Assembly (NCBI GenBank): GCA_963843375.1
Contig: CAWJKT010000011.1
Location: 96,001-160,000, forward strand
Length of the DNA: 64,000 nucleotides
Reading direction: 5' to 3'
Origin: an uncultured Pseudomonadota bacterium
GTDB lineage: Bacteria > Oederibacteriota > Muellerivitia > Muellerivitales > Muellerivitaceae
Shown here: positions 39,818 through 49,796 of the stretch, piece by piece
How the letters are laid out: every line of letters starts with the position of its first letter
Position numbering within the stretch: the first letter of the stretch is position 1
The notes under the pieces: model-generated
The model's input: the letters and a program-made list of their open reading frames with translations, nothing else
What the model was told of the DNA's origin: nothing
Databases searched by the model: none
Translations under genes and position numbers: made by a program

Positions 39818-40576
39818 TTAGTCCTTGTTGTTTTTGGCGAGTTTGACGGTCGATTTTTGAAGAAGGTTTTCTACCACCGGAAGCACTTGGATGTCCAACT
39901 TCTTCGCCTGCTTTCTCAAGGTCTCAAAAGTGGTTTCGGGCCAGCCTTCCTGGAAAAAATTCACCAACCACTTGGGAACAGCCCCTTTAGGATCACAATG
40001 TATTTCCGCCTCCACGTAAGTCTCATCGGACATGCTCATGGGAACCATTTTGAAAACGCAGATCATCGTCCCCCGGGTGTATTTTTTCAAAACCGGGGCT
40101 TGGTCGTCCTCGGTAGGCATGTAACTGACCGTAATGCGCTGATCCAAGGGGTCGGAAGTAAGGAAGACATGGGAAACAAAATCCCGGTCCGACATGACGG
40201 TGTCGAAAGGAAAAGGGATGCCCACATGGTCGTACTCGATAAATTCGGTTGGAGAGATATTACGCACCACTTTGGAAGCCACCAGGCTGTCGATCCATTC
40301 GGTGGCACGAGTTGTATCGATGATGATAGAGGCGACTTTTTCAATCGGTGCGTCCACAATACCTTCCCCTTTGAAGGCGATGACTTTGCTTCCTTCTACC
40401 TTTGACCAATAAATGGTCAGGCCTTCGGTATTACAAGATTTCTGCCAGTGATAATTGGGAATCTTGACGGAGTCCGCCAAGTCCGATTCGGTTTTTTTGG
40501 AAGTGTCAGCGTTTGACTGGGAACAGAAAACCAAGCCCGCGAAAGCCAAAACAACGCCACCCAGAAGATGTTTCAT
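39818..40576 (-). CDS. Exported START/SRPBCC lipid-binding domain protein
   Basis: Signal peptide; PFP..SDRDFV and DPKGAVPKWLVN motifs. Confidence 0.85.
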   Translation of the reverse strand: MKHLLGGVVLAFAGLVFCSQSNADTSKKTESDLADSVKIPNYHWQKSCNTEGLTIYWSKVEGSKVIAFKGEGIVDAPIEKVASIIIDTTRATEWIDSLVASKVVRNISPTEFIEYDHVGIPFPFDTVMSDRDFVSHVFLTSDPLDQRITVSYMPTEDDQAPVLKKYTRGTMICVFKMVPMSMSDETYVEAEIHCDPKGAVPKWLVNFFQEGWPETTFETLRKQAKKLDIQVLPVVENLLQKSTVKLAKNNKD

Positions 40577-40650
40577 GGTTCTAACCTCATTGCTGATAGT
40601 TGAGAAATCATAACTCGATTTTTAAGACCCGACCAATTCTTTTTATTTTT

Positions 40651-42798
40651 TTAATGGGTTTGGGCTTTTAAGGTGGCCAGGATTTCGGCGGAGGGAGTCA
40701 AATCCAAGGGGGCTTGGGTGGCTTTCAAATAAGCCAGCCGCGCCTGAGCCAACCGCCCTTTTACCCTAAATAATTCTCCCAATTTAAAATAAAGATCAGC
40801 TGTGGGATAGCCCTTGGTGACGGCCATTTCGTAGGAAAGAAGCTGCTGGTCATAGTCCAAGTTTACGTACTCATAGGCGGCCCGTTTGTCCCAATAAACC
40901 GATTCCAAGAACGGGTCGCCTTTCACAGCGGGGAAAGCGGTTTCCAAAATTTGAATGACAGGATATAGGCTTCCCTCGTTTTGCAGGAATCTCCGCTGGT
41001 CCGCCGCCAGGAAAATCCCGTGAGCCCCGCACCAGGCATAAAGCGTTGCCGCGTTTTCAGGGGTGATCGGGAGAATTCCCAACATATCCCCGCCATCGGC
41101 AAGGGAAAGTCCACTCGAAACCCGAAACCATTCACCTTCCGAAAATCTTTTTTTCAGGAAGGGTTCGTATTGGGCGTTCACGAAAACCGCCAGCCATTTT
41201 ACTGGTTGGTTTTCGCTGGCCAACTCATGAAGAAGAGTGGTGTTAACGGCGGTATTGAAGGGGTAGGTCATGACCGAGAGAGTTGGGTCATTAAAGGAAT
41301 TGGTATCGAAATCGGTCAAAATAAATCCCGGGCCGTTGTTTTTTTGAAACTCGTCCAGAATTTGATAAGCCCGATACCGTTCCAGGGATTTAACGGGCCT
41401 GCCAAAATTCTCCGGATGTTGGTCTGGATTCCGGTAAGGGGCAATTAGAAGGTTGAAGTCCAGAATGCCGGAAATTAAAAAGAGGACTGCCAGGAACCGC
41501 CATTGTCTACCATAAGGCAGCGTTTCCAAGGTGGATTGGATTCCCATGGCGCAAATAAAAAAAACCAACGGAAGAACCTGGGCTACCCGGAAGGTTTCGA
41601 CGTTGAGGGATAAGGCTCCCGGAAGAAGAAAAAGGAAAAAAGCAGCGACAATCCAATGGGTCAGCGGATTGTTCCGAAACCGAAACAATTCCACCATGCC
41701 TAGGAAGAAAAGAGAACCCAGGAAGGGGTTCAGGAATCCGCCCTTTACCGGTGTATAGGCTGGTTCGGGATCACTTACGCCCCAAAAAAGCACGGTAACA
41801 TAATCCAAAGTATTTGGAATGAGTTTGGAAAAGTGGTACCAACCGCTTAAGGGGGACAATGAAATGATATGGGTTCCGTATCCTTCCCGGAAGACCGCCA
41901 AGGTAAAAGGGACCAGCGTAATTCCCATTGATCCTATAGCCAGGAGAAAATAGAAGAGATTTTTCCCCGAACGAATCCCCCAGGTCCAAAAGAGCGAAAG
42001 GAGGAGAAAAAAAGTCACAATGGGCCAGGGCGTAAAAATAAAAGAACCTAATCCCATCGCGATTCCCAGGCCCAGGGCCCAATTCCTTTTAGCCGATTTA
42101 TCTTTTGCAAGGTTGAATCCGCCCCAGACTCCCAAGCAAAGGTAGACCCACCAAGGCAGCCAGATGCCCTGGTGGCAGAGCCGTCCTAAGAAAAGAGGCC
42201 AGTAGCTGAAACTCAGCAAGCCCGCGCTCACCAGCGAAAACGATTTGGAAAACCATTTTCGAAGGGCCCAATAACCGGTGAATAGGGTAAGGAGGGAAAC
42301 TAACGCAGGTGTAAGCCAAAGGCTAAATATTGGTGAAAAACCCAGTTTAAAAAGAACGGCAACCAACCAAACCGTTAGGGGAGGGGTTTCGCCAAAGGTG
42401 TAAAAGAATTTCCATGACCAGTGGCGTGAAAGTTCCAGTGCGTTAGTTCCAATCCATCCCTCATCCAAATTGGGCCAGCAAAAGAGGTTTTCCAATCGGT
42501 AAAAACGCAGGAAAACGGCGAAATAGAGGCCCACCATCCCAATTAAAAGTGGTGGAAAAACTCCGAGTTCCTTTAAATAGGTTGGTTGTTCCTGGAGGCC
42601 GGGTTTGGCGGAATTCCGCAGGGCCAAATAAAGAGGTAGGGCTAAGCCGATGACCCCGGCCGCCAATTTAGCTTCGAACGAAAGGGCTATATAGGAAAGC
42701 AGAAAGAGAGTGAGGCAGAAAAGTCCCCAATATGCCCAAGGAATTTTTTGAGGGCTCAAATCAAGAGTTAAGGGCTTCAAAAAGGGAACCTCGTCCAT
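40651..42798 (-). CDS. GT-C fold (ArnT/PMT-like) glycosyltransferase paralog with TPR-like tail (intact)
   Basis: LRFYRL..WPNLDEG, ELSRHWSWKFFY, GGFLNP, GDPFLESVYW, GYPTADLYFKLG. Confidence 0.82.
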   Translation of the reverse strand: MDEVPFLKPLTLDLSPQKIPWAYWGLFCLTLFLLSYIALSFEAKLAAGVIGLALPLYLALRNSAKPGLQEQPTYLKELGVFPPLLIGMVGLYFAVFLRFYRLENLFCWPNLDEGWIGTNALELSRHWSWKFFYTFGETPPLTVWLVAVLFKLGFSPIFSLWLTPALVSLLTLFTGYWALRKWFSKSFSLVSAGLLSFSYWPLFLGRLCHQGIWLPWWVYLCLGVWGGFNLAKDKSAKRNWALGLGIAMGLGSFIFTPWPIVTFFLLLSLFWTWGIRSGKNLFYFLLAIGSMGITLVPFTLAVFREGYGTHIISLSPLSGWYHFSKLIPNTLDYVTVLFWGVSDPEPAYTPVKGGFLNPFLGSLFFLGMVELFRFRNNPLTHWIVAAFFLFLLPGALSLNVETFRVAQVLPLVFFICAMGIQSTLETLPYGRQWRFLAVLFLISGILDFNLLIAPYRNPDQHPENFGRPVKSLERYRAYQILDEFQKNNGPGFILTDFDTNSFNDPTLSVMTYPFNTAVNTTLLHELASENQPVKWLAVFVNAQYEPFLKKRFSEGEWFRVSSGLSLADGGDMLGILPITPENAATLYAWCGAHGIFLAADQRRFLQNEGSLYPVIQILETAFPAVKGDPFLESVYWDKRAAYEYVNLDYDQQLLSYEMAVTKGYPTADLYFKLGELFRVKGRLAQARLAYLKATQAPLDLTPSAEILATLKAQTH

Positions 42799-42813
42799 TG
42801 AACCGCGAGACAG

Positions 42814-44442
42814 TTAAAGATAACTTACCCGGCTTTTGGGAGGATCGGGTGTCTGGGTTTTGGTTTTCTTCTTCCGCCGGTTGGGTTTGGCGTTGGATTT
42901 TTGTTGGAAATGCAGCAAGAGAAAGACTCCTCCCACCAGGAGGTACATGAGCCCGAACTTGGGTGAAATGGCGTTTCCAAAACCATTCTGGACCCCCGTG
43001 TCGGAGAGCCGATAGGCGTGAATGAGCCCAATGAACGAAAAAGCGGAAGCGGAAAAAACCCACCAGGCAGCCTTGGCAAATTTCCGCTCGATGAGAAAAA
43101 CCATGATGGCGGCGAAGATCATTGAGATCAGCAGGGAACCCTGATTGAGCACAATGATCCCCCGGATGAACATGTTTTCCCCGGTAAGTTTGTCTGCCAT
43201 GGCAACGCTCAGGGGAGTGCCCGCCACCCGCAAGGTGGTTTCGATTAAATAAAAACAATAGGCGGCGAAAGCCGGTATTAATCCGAAAGCCACGGCCAAG
43301 GAATGCTCCTTAGGGATTTCCATGAAGGCTTGAGCCGTAATGATAATGGCAATCCAAAGGAGTATCCCGAAAATGCATTCCCGCGGAACGATTCTGAGGA
43401 ATAAACCGACTCCCCCAGTGAGACAGACTAGGGTAATGAGAGAACCGTTTAAGATGGAATAACCATGACGGGCACCCATGGCCTTCCAACCCGGATGTCC
43501 AATGTAGATGGTGGTAGGGAAAGGGCTTCCCAATAAACCGGCCAAGAGGGTGGCGAAGCCGTTCCATAATAAGGAAGGTTTGGTGGGGAAGCGGTCTCCT
43601 CCCGCTTCCGCACTTTCCAGGTTTTGTAGGGAGCCGATTACGTTGAAAAGGCCCATGGGGAAAATGACAGCCAAATATTTCCAGCCGGTGGAATTAAAAA
43701 GAAGGGCGAAAAGGTCGGCAGGAACCGGTTTGGGGAGATAAAGGGACCAACTGATGGGGTCGGTGGACATATTGGAGGAAGCTAATGCGGGATTAATGGC
43801 GTGGAAAATCCAATAAAGAAGTGTGCCGACCAAAACCGCCAGGAATCCTCCGGGAAGAGACAAAGGCCATTTCAGCCTGGCCGCATAAGACAGGAGTATC
43901 AAAAAAGTCGGAAGGATGCCAATCAGGGGATTGGCGAAGATCTGGAAAATGAAATCCATGGCGATGAAAGTTATAGCGATTCCAGCCAGAGCGCACAGCA
44001 AGGCCGCCCGGGGAGTGTGGTTTCTTAGCCAATCTCCCACGAAAGCGCCGCCGATTTCCATCAGGCCGTTGAGGAAACAGGCGAAAAGCCCGGCTTGCCA
44101 GGCAAGCTTGAAGTTGCCCGTATCCCTGAAAACGGGCGCCATGATAAGAACGATAAAAGCGATCAGGCTGGGGGTATTAATTCCAAACGGCAAGGCCGTT
44201 ATGTCGTTACGGCCGGTTTTGAGGGCGAGTTGACGGGCCTGCCAGGCGTAAAAGAGGTTCCCCAAAAGAATTGAAAAGGCCGCCCCCGGAAGAACTTGTC
44301 CGGTAATGAAATCCGCCGGAAAGCCGCATAAAACCTTGCAAAGATATCCGATCAACATGAGTTGGAGCAGGTTGTCGATGAAAAGGCCGAAAAAACCGTC
44401 CAAATCTCCCCGAGTGAACCAGGGAAGGGCTTCGGGCTTCAT
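42814..44442 (-). CDS. NCS2/AzgA-like nucleobase permease
   Basis: WFTRGDLDGFFGLFIDNL, TALPFGINTP, PTTIYIGHPGWKAMGAR. The track start at 44529 is probably too long. Confidence 0.85.
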   Translation of the reverse strand: MKPEALPWFTRGDLDGFFGLFIDNLLQLMLIGYLCKVLCGFPADFITGQVLPGAAFSILLGNLFYAWQARQLALKTGRNDITALPFGINTPSLIAFIVLIMAPVFRDTGNFKLAWQAGLFACFLNGLMEIGGAFVGDWLRNHTPRAALLCALAGIAITFIAMDFIFQIFANPLIGILPTFLILLSYAARLKWPLSLPGGFLAVLVGTLLYWIFHAINPALASSNMSTDPISWSLYLPKPVPADLFALLFNSTGWKYLAVIFPMGLFNVIGSLQNLESAEAGGDRFPTKPSLLWNGFATLLAGLLGSPFPTTIYIGHPGWKAMGARHGYSILNGSLITLVCLTGGVGLFLRIVPRECIFGILLWIAIIITAQAFMEIPKEHSLAVAFGLIPAFAAYCFYLIETTLRVAGTPLSVAMADKLTGENMFIRGIIVLNQGSLLISMIFAAIMVFLIERKFAKAAWWVFSASAFSFIGLIHAYRLSDTGVQNGFGNAISPKFGLMYLLVGGVFLLLHFQQKSNAKPNRRKKKTKTQTPDPPKSRVSYL

Positions 44443-44593
44443 GTGTTTGACGCGAACGAGGAACCGTAGGTAAGAGGGGGTTTTAAAGGAGGACAACTGC
44501 GCTTTCAAGAACGCCAGTGCTTTATCCATAGGAAAAGACTAAACGCCACCCTCCGGATGGTCAAGCTTTTTCGTGGAACTTTGGGCGAAGAGG

Positions 44594-45643
44594 TTAAAGG
44601 GGAAAATAAAGGGTTACTTTTGTTCCATGGCCGGGTTCGCTTTCAAGCCTGATGTCCCCGCCGTGGGCGAGCATGATTTCCCGGCAAAGGCTTAAACCCA
44701 ATCCATAGCCGCCGGTGTCCTTGGTGCGGGACTTATCCACCCTGTAAAAGGGTTCAAAGACCTTTTCCTGATCCTCCGGGGAGATGCCCTGACCGTAATC
44801 CTGAACGGTGATCAGCACTTCCTTTTCACCGGATAAGAGGCTGACTTCCACTTGCTTTTTCCGCCCCGCCGAATATTTGAGGGCATTTTCCAATACGTTT
44901 TGCAAAACGGTTTTGACCCTGGCTTCGTCGACTTGGACAACAAGTGTAGTTGGCTTTACCCACCATGGTTACTGCCGGTTTGCGGGTTTTTAAATTTGTC
45001 CAGGGTCTCCCGGGCTAGGACGACTAGGTCCAACGGCGCCAGGGCTAATTTTCCATTGCCGTTTTTCAGACGCTCGGTTTCCAGGAGTTCGGTGATCATC
45101 GTTTCCATTTCTAAAACGTCCCGCAACATGGAATCCTTCATCTTGCCCTTAGGGGTCATTTCCAAGGCCACCTTGAGGCGGGTCAAGGGGCTTCGGAGCT
45201 CATGGCTGACATCCAGCAGAAGTTGATCCTTGGACTGCATCATTTCCCGAATCCGCTGGACCATCAAATTGAAGCTCTCCGCCAGGTAATGGATTTCGCC
45301 ATGGCGCCCCTTTGCCTCGAATTGGAAGTCCAGGTTGCCCTCGGAAACCTCCTTGACGCCCTTCAAAAGCATGCGCAAGGGGCGGAACATCCGGCGCAAC
45401 ATAAAAAAGAAAGGCACCATGACCAACAGGGTCCAGCCAAGGTAGATGGGGTAGGCGTTGAAGGGAAAAGCTGCCGTTGGAAAAAAAGGAAATCAGGGTC
45501 CAAATCACGCTGACCCAGAAGAAGAGCATGAAAATTCGCATGAAAAACCAATGACGGGGTGGACGTGTCCCTTGCCATGCCCAGGGGCCGCGACTATGTT
45601 TCCGGTAGGGGTAGGGACACCATTTTGGATTTTTATTTTCCAT
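44594..45643 (-). CDS. HAMP-domain sensor histidine kinase (two TMs, tiny loop); about three apparent frameshifts (~45467, ~44985, ~44955)
   Basis: H-box DVSHELRSPLTRL, N-box NVLENALKYS, G boxes DYGQGI and GGYGLGL spread across three track ORFs; start overlaps the response regulator stop. Confidence 0.85.
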
Positions 45644-46343
45644 GGTTCATTCCAACCTTGCCGATAAAAAGATAGCCCTCGCCCCACACGGTTTTGAAGA
45701 ATTTGGGATGGGCCGCAGGGTCCTTGAGTTTTTTGCGCAAGCGGCTGACAGCGATATCAATGGAACGGTTGAAGGCCTCACATTCGATGCCTTTTAGGTA
45801 TTCCATAATTCTATCCCGATTCATGACTATCCCTGGATTTCTCATGAAGAGGGCCAAGATTTCGAATTCGGTGGTGGTTAGACCCAAATCCTTGCCTTTA
45901 AGGGAAGTTGTCCGTTTGTCCAAATCCACCACCAAACCATCAGACTTCATCAGCCCTCCCGGGACGGGGGAGGGTGCTAGACGCCTCAGGACGCTTTGGA
46001 TGCGGGCCACCAATTCACGGGGCTCGAAGGGTTTTGGCAAATAATCGTCGGCCCCGATCTCCAACCCTACTACCCGGTCGGTGACGTCTCCACGGGCTGT
46101 CAGCATGATGATGGGGACTTTCGAGGTTTTGCGGATTTCCTTGCAAACCAAAAAACCGTCTTTGCCCGGAAGCATGACATCCAATATGACCAGGTCGGGA
46201 CTCCTTTTTTTCAGAAGGTCCAGGCCCTCGTTTGGATGGGTGGCCGCCATCACGGTCATTTCGAATTTCACCAGATAGCTTTTCAACAGCTCATTGAGTT
46301 TCTGATCATCGTCGATGATCAGAATTTGTTTTTTGGGAATCAT
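45633..46343 (-). CDS. OmpR/PhoB family response regulator
   Basis: IIDDD, LDVMLPGKDG, GADDYLPKPF, winged helix RSIDIAVSRLRKKL...TVWGEGY; start MIPKKQ at 46343. Confidence 0.95.
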   Translation of the reverse strand: MIPKKQILIIDDDQKLNELLKSYLVKFEMTVMAATHPNEGLDLLKKRSPDLVILDVMLPGKDGFLVCKEIRKTSKVPIIMLTARGDVTDRVVGLEIGADDYLPKPFEPRELVARIQSVLRRLAPSPVPGGLMKSDGLVVDLDKRTTSLKGKDLGLTTTEFEILALFMRNPGIVMNRDRIMEYLKGIECEAFNRSIDIAVSRLRKKLKDPAAHPKFFKTVWGEGYLFIGKVGMNHGK

Positions 46344-46393
46344 TGTTTTACCTTCTCTGGATTGTAACACGCGTGTTCCATCCCGGGCTCGAA

Positions 46394-46432
46394 CGTTACA
46401 CTTTGTTACAAAACGAAACATCGTTGAAAAGC
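46394..46432 (+). promoter_or_regulatory. OmpR-family binding box in the divergent RR / small membrane protein intergenic region
   Basis: GTTACA-N4-GTTACA-N4-GAAACA; 33/39 identical to 4032-4070; TATAAA at 46452. Confidence 0.78.
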
Positions 46433-46507
46433 TTTTTATTTCCCCACGCCTTATAAATCATCCATGGAAAGCTTAGGCCTTCCAATTGAAACTCAAGGAG
46501 AAATACG

Positions 46508-46825
46508 ATGGAACTTAACGAACAAGACAAGGAACGGATTATCGCGGAAGAAAAGCTTCGCATGGAAACTCGGAAAGAATTTTTCAAGGAAAATTTCGGT
46601 GGTATGCGCGGCATGGGACGCTGGGGAGGGGGCTGGAACGGTTATGGCTGCCATGGCCATCGTTGTGGCGGCGGGGTATTCAAAATTTTGATCCTGGGTC
46701 TGGTGATTTTCGGCCTCTGCCACCTTTGGCACCGGCCTTGCGGAGGTTGGGGGCCCGGTTATTACGGTAATCCCGCCTACCCAGCGGCCCCCCAAGCCCA
46801 GCCAGCGCCTCCGGCAAAAAACTAA
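46508..46825 (+). CDS. Small single-TM membrane protein with Gly/Cys/His-rich flanks
   Basis: AAGGAG RBS; charged N-terminal helix, GCHGHRC before and CHLWHRPC after the TM, Pro/Ala tail; followed by a terminator. Confidence 0.8.
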   Translation: MELNEQDKERIIAEEKLRMETRKEFFKENFGGMRGMGRWGGGWNGYGCHGHRCGGGVFKILILGLVIFGLCHLWHRPCGGWGPGYYGNPAYPAAPQAQPAPPAKN

Positions 46826-46840
46826 TCAAAACAAAAATGA

Positions 46841-46881
46841 GCCCGGACCTGGAAACGATTGCCGTTTCCGGGTCCGGGTTT
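46841..46881 (+). terminator. Intrinsic terminator/hairpin
   Basis: GCCCGGACCTGGAAACG-attgc-CGTTTCCGGGTCCGGGT followed by a short T run. Confidence 0.7.
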
Positions 46882-46907
46882 CCCCCTGGTTAAATTTGAA
46901 AAGGGTA

Positions 46908-46948
46908 TTGACACTCCTGCTGATAATCAGTATTACTGACTATCAGCA
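46908..46948 (+). promoter_or_regulatory. marR promoter with tandem palindromic operators
   Basis: TTGACA at 46908; 31-bp near-perfect IR TGCTGATAATCAGT-ATT-ACTGACTATCAGCA made of two CTGA(T/C)(A/T)ATCAG sites. Confidence 0.75.
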
Positions 46949-46968
46949 AATTGAATTTGAGAGGCTCC

Positions 46969-47463
46969 ATGACCCCGATATTGAAATTGAAAAAATCCCT
47001 TCCCGAAGGCCATGAAATTCCGGAAGCCGTTCTGGATCGCATGGGATTCCTTTTGAGCCAATCCGCCCAAAAACTCAGGGAGGCCACCGAAGAAGCCCTT
47101 GAGTCCTATGGTCTTACTGGAAAACACCTGGGCATTATGGCTACTATCCGGGAAAAGGGATCATTACCCCAACAGGAAATTGGGAAGTGCATGCACGTGG
47201 ACCGAACTACCATGGTCGCTATCATTGACGATCTCGAAAAACTAGGTTTCGTGGAACGCAAGCCCCATCCCACGGATCGGCGAGCCCACATCATCTACCT
47301 GACCGCCAAGGGAAGAGAAACGCTTCCCCGGGCCATGCAACTGGGGTTGGCTGCGGAGCGAAAGTTTTTGTCGTTCCTCCCCGCGAACGACCGGAAGGAT
47401 TTGAGCCGGATTTTGAAACACTTGGTGTTGTCCCTTCATTTAGAAGCGATCAAGGAGAAATAA
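46969..47463 (+). CDS. MarR family transcriptional regulator
   Basis: VDRTTMVAIIDDLEKLGFVERKPHPTDRRAHIIYLTAKG. Confidence 0.93.
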   Translation: MTPILKLKKSLPEGHEIPEAVLDRMGFLLSQSAQKLREATEEALESYGLTGKHLGIMATIREKGSLPQQEIGKCMHVDRTTMVAIIDDLEKLGFVERKPHPTDRRAHIIYLTAKGRETLPRAMQLGLAAERKFLSFLPANDRKDLSRILKHLVLSLHLEAIKEK

Positions 47464-47467
47464 TTTC

Positions 47468-48831
47468 ATGAAACATATTCGATGGATCTCAGCGTTATTA
47501 TTCGTTTCGTTCCTCGGCTTGGCCCGGGCACAGGAAGGGGCTTCTCCTATTGTTTCAGGCAGCTTGACCCTGGAAGACGCCCAAAAGGAGGCTTTGGATC
47601 ATTCGCCTGTTTATCGAAAGGCCCAGGATGTTGAGCGGGAGGCTGGATGGAGTCAACTGGAAGCCGTCTCCGATGGATTCATACCGCATGTTTCCGCCAA
47701 GGGGCAGGATTTTTTAAGGGGTGATGCTATTAAATATGCGAGTGAGGAAGTGAATTTTGGGGGAACTCCCATCAACTTTCCCGAGAATTTTCCGGAAACC
47801 ACATTATCCTTAGACGCCAGTTTCGATCTCTTTGACGGATTCCGGAATATTCATAAATTGGATGCGGCTAATAACAGCCACGAAGCCGCCCGAATCCAAT
47901 CGGATTTTTCCCTTCTTCAACTGGAGGAAACGGTTCGCCTCAAGTTTTACGAATCCCAGGCTTCCCAGCTGCTTTCCGACATGGCGGACGAAAACGTGAA
48001 GACCTTGCAAGACCATCTGCGCATCGTCCAGGATCAGTTGGACAACGGTCAAGCCACCAAATACGACGTGCTTCAGGTGCAAGTGGAATTGTCCGAGGCC
48101 CAATCCGACAGATTACCGCGCATGACAATTTGACCTTGGCTCGGGAGAGCCTGGCCTTGGCGATGGGCCTGAAAAAAGATGACCGGCCCTTGTCGGGACA
48201 ATTGCCGGCTTTGGATGAGAATGAACTTTTAAAAATCGTCTCGGATGCAAATTTCAAGGACAGCCCGGATTTGAAAATCAAAGAACTTCAGGCCTTGGCG
48301 GCTGGGGACCAGAGCGCGGCTTCCCATAGTTTCTGGTTTCCGAAGGTTGCCCTTATCGGCGAATACCAGTGGTACGACAGCCAAAGTGTTGTCTTGTCCC
48401 CTTTTTCCCTAACCAACACAGGGAATTATCAAAACAGCTATTTCATCGGCGCTTCCGCCACTTGGGACTTATTGGATGGTGGACTTTCAGTGGCCAAGGC
48501 CAACGAGGCGGATGAAAAGGCCAAACAAGCAAAAGATGATTACGAGTCGGCTCAGCTCCAAACGCCTTACGATTTCGACCTTTGGAAAAGGCGGCTGGTT
48601 TCCAGCCTAGCCCTCTACAAAGCCAAACTGACGAATGTGGATACGGCCAAGGAAAACGCGAGATTGGCTACGTTGGGATTCAAGGCGGGCACACGCACAA
48701 CCAATGATGTTTTGACCGCGGAGTTTGACGAGTATCGTGCCTCAGCGGGGTTGGTTCAGTCCCAATTGGATGCGTTGGAGGCTCTCATTAATTTAGAATT
48801 CGTGACAGGAAAGAGGTTATCCCATGACTAA
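47468..48831 (+). CDS. TolC family outer membrane protein; one apparent frameshift (~48109)
   Basis: Signal peptide, LTLEDAQKEAL, LFDGF, GQATKYDVLQ; continues ITAHDNLTLARESL...FKAGTRTTNDVL. Confidence 0.85.
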
Positions 48832-49706
48832 GACGACACCTCACACCCCGGGAGACCAGGGGAAGAAAAAACCGATACTGCCGGTCATCGGCATTGTGGC
48901 GGCGGTGGTTGCCGCCTACTTCATCGTGAAAAACTATCGCTACGAGGGTACCGACGACGCCTACATTCAGGCCCACACTCTCATGTTGGCGCCCCGTATT
49001 GGCGGAACGGTGGAAAAAGTCATGGTCAACGAAAATGACAAAGTGAAAGCCGGACAACTCTTGGCCCAATTAGACGACCAGGATTATTCCACCGCTTATA
49101 GCCAGTCGGTGGCCGATCAGGCTTCCGTACAGGCGGACCTGGAACAGGCCGCCCAAGATTACCAGCGTATCGCCAAACTCTATCAGGAAGAGGCGGTCCC
49201 CAAACAGCAATTAGACGCCGCCGTGGCCCGTTACCATAATCTGGCTTCGCGCCTCAAGGCGGACGAAGCCAAGGCCGACCAAGCCAAAATCAACCTAACC
49301 TACACCCTGATCACAGCCCCCGAGGACGGCACCATCGCCAAGAAATCGGTCGAACCGGGGATGGTGGTTCCCCCGGGCCAGGCTCTTTTCGGGTTTGTCT
49401 CCTCCCAGGAGACGGTGGGTGACTGCCAATTTCAAGGAAACCCAGATTGCCCGTATCAAGCCGGGGCAAAAAGTGAACGTGGACGTGGACGCAGTCTCGG
49501 GCAAGAGTTTCGAGGGAGTGGTAGACAGTATTGGTTCCGCCACAGGATCGACCTTCACGCTTCTGCCCCCGGACAATTCCACAGGCAACTTCACCAAGGT
49601 GGTTCAACGCGTGCCCGTGAAAATCAACCTGGAAAATCTCTCGGCCGAGGATATCGACCACTTGGCGGCGGGTTTGTCCGCAATCGTGAACGTAAAGATA
49701 CATTAA
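48824..49706 (+). CDS. emrA: EmrA/HlyD family membrane fusion protein; one apparent frameshift (~49414)
   Basis: TDDAYIQA, ITAPEDGTI, then WVTANFKETQ and PPDNSTGNFTKVVQRVPVKI in the next frame. Confidence 0.88.
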
Positions 49707-49796
49707 AGGATTGCGCCTAAATCCAAGAGAGCATTTAAGTTATTTTTTCTAAAAGTCCCTTTTCTGCAGATAGATTGTTGATTTTAGGAGTCGCAA

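Noticed and set aside
44440..44480. CGTCAAA just before the permease start as another ECF promoter
   Set aside because: The -35 position reads TCTTAC rather than an AAC motif, and the element is too close to the ATG.
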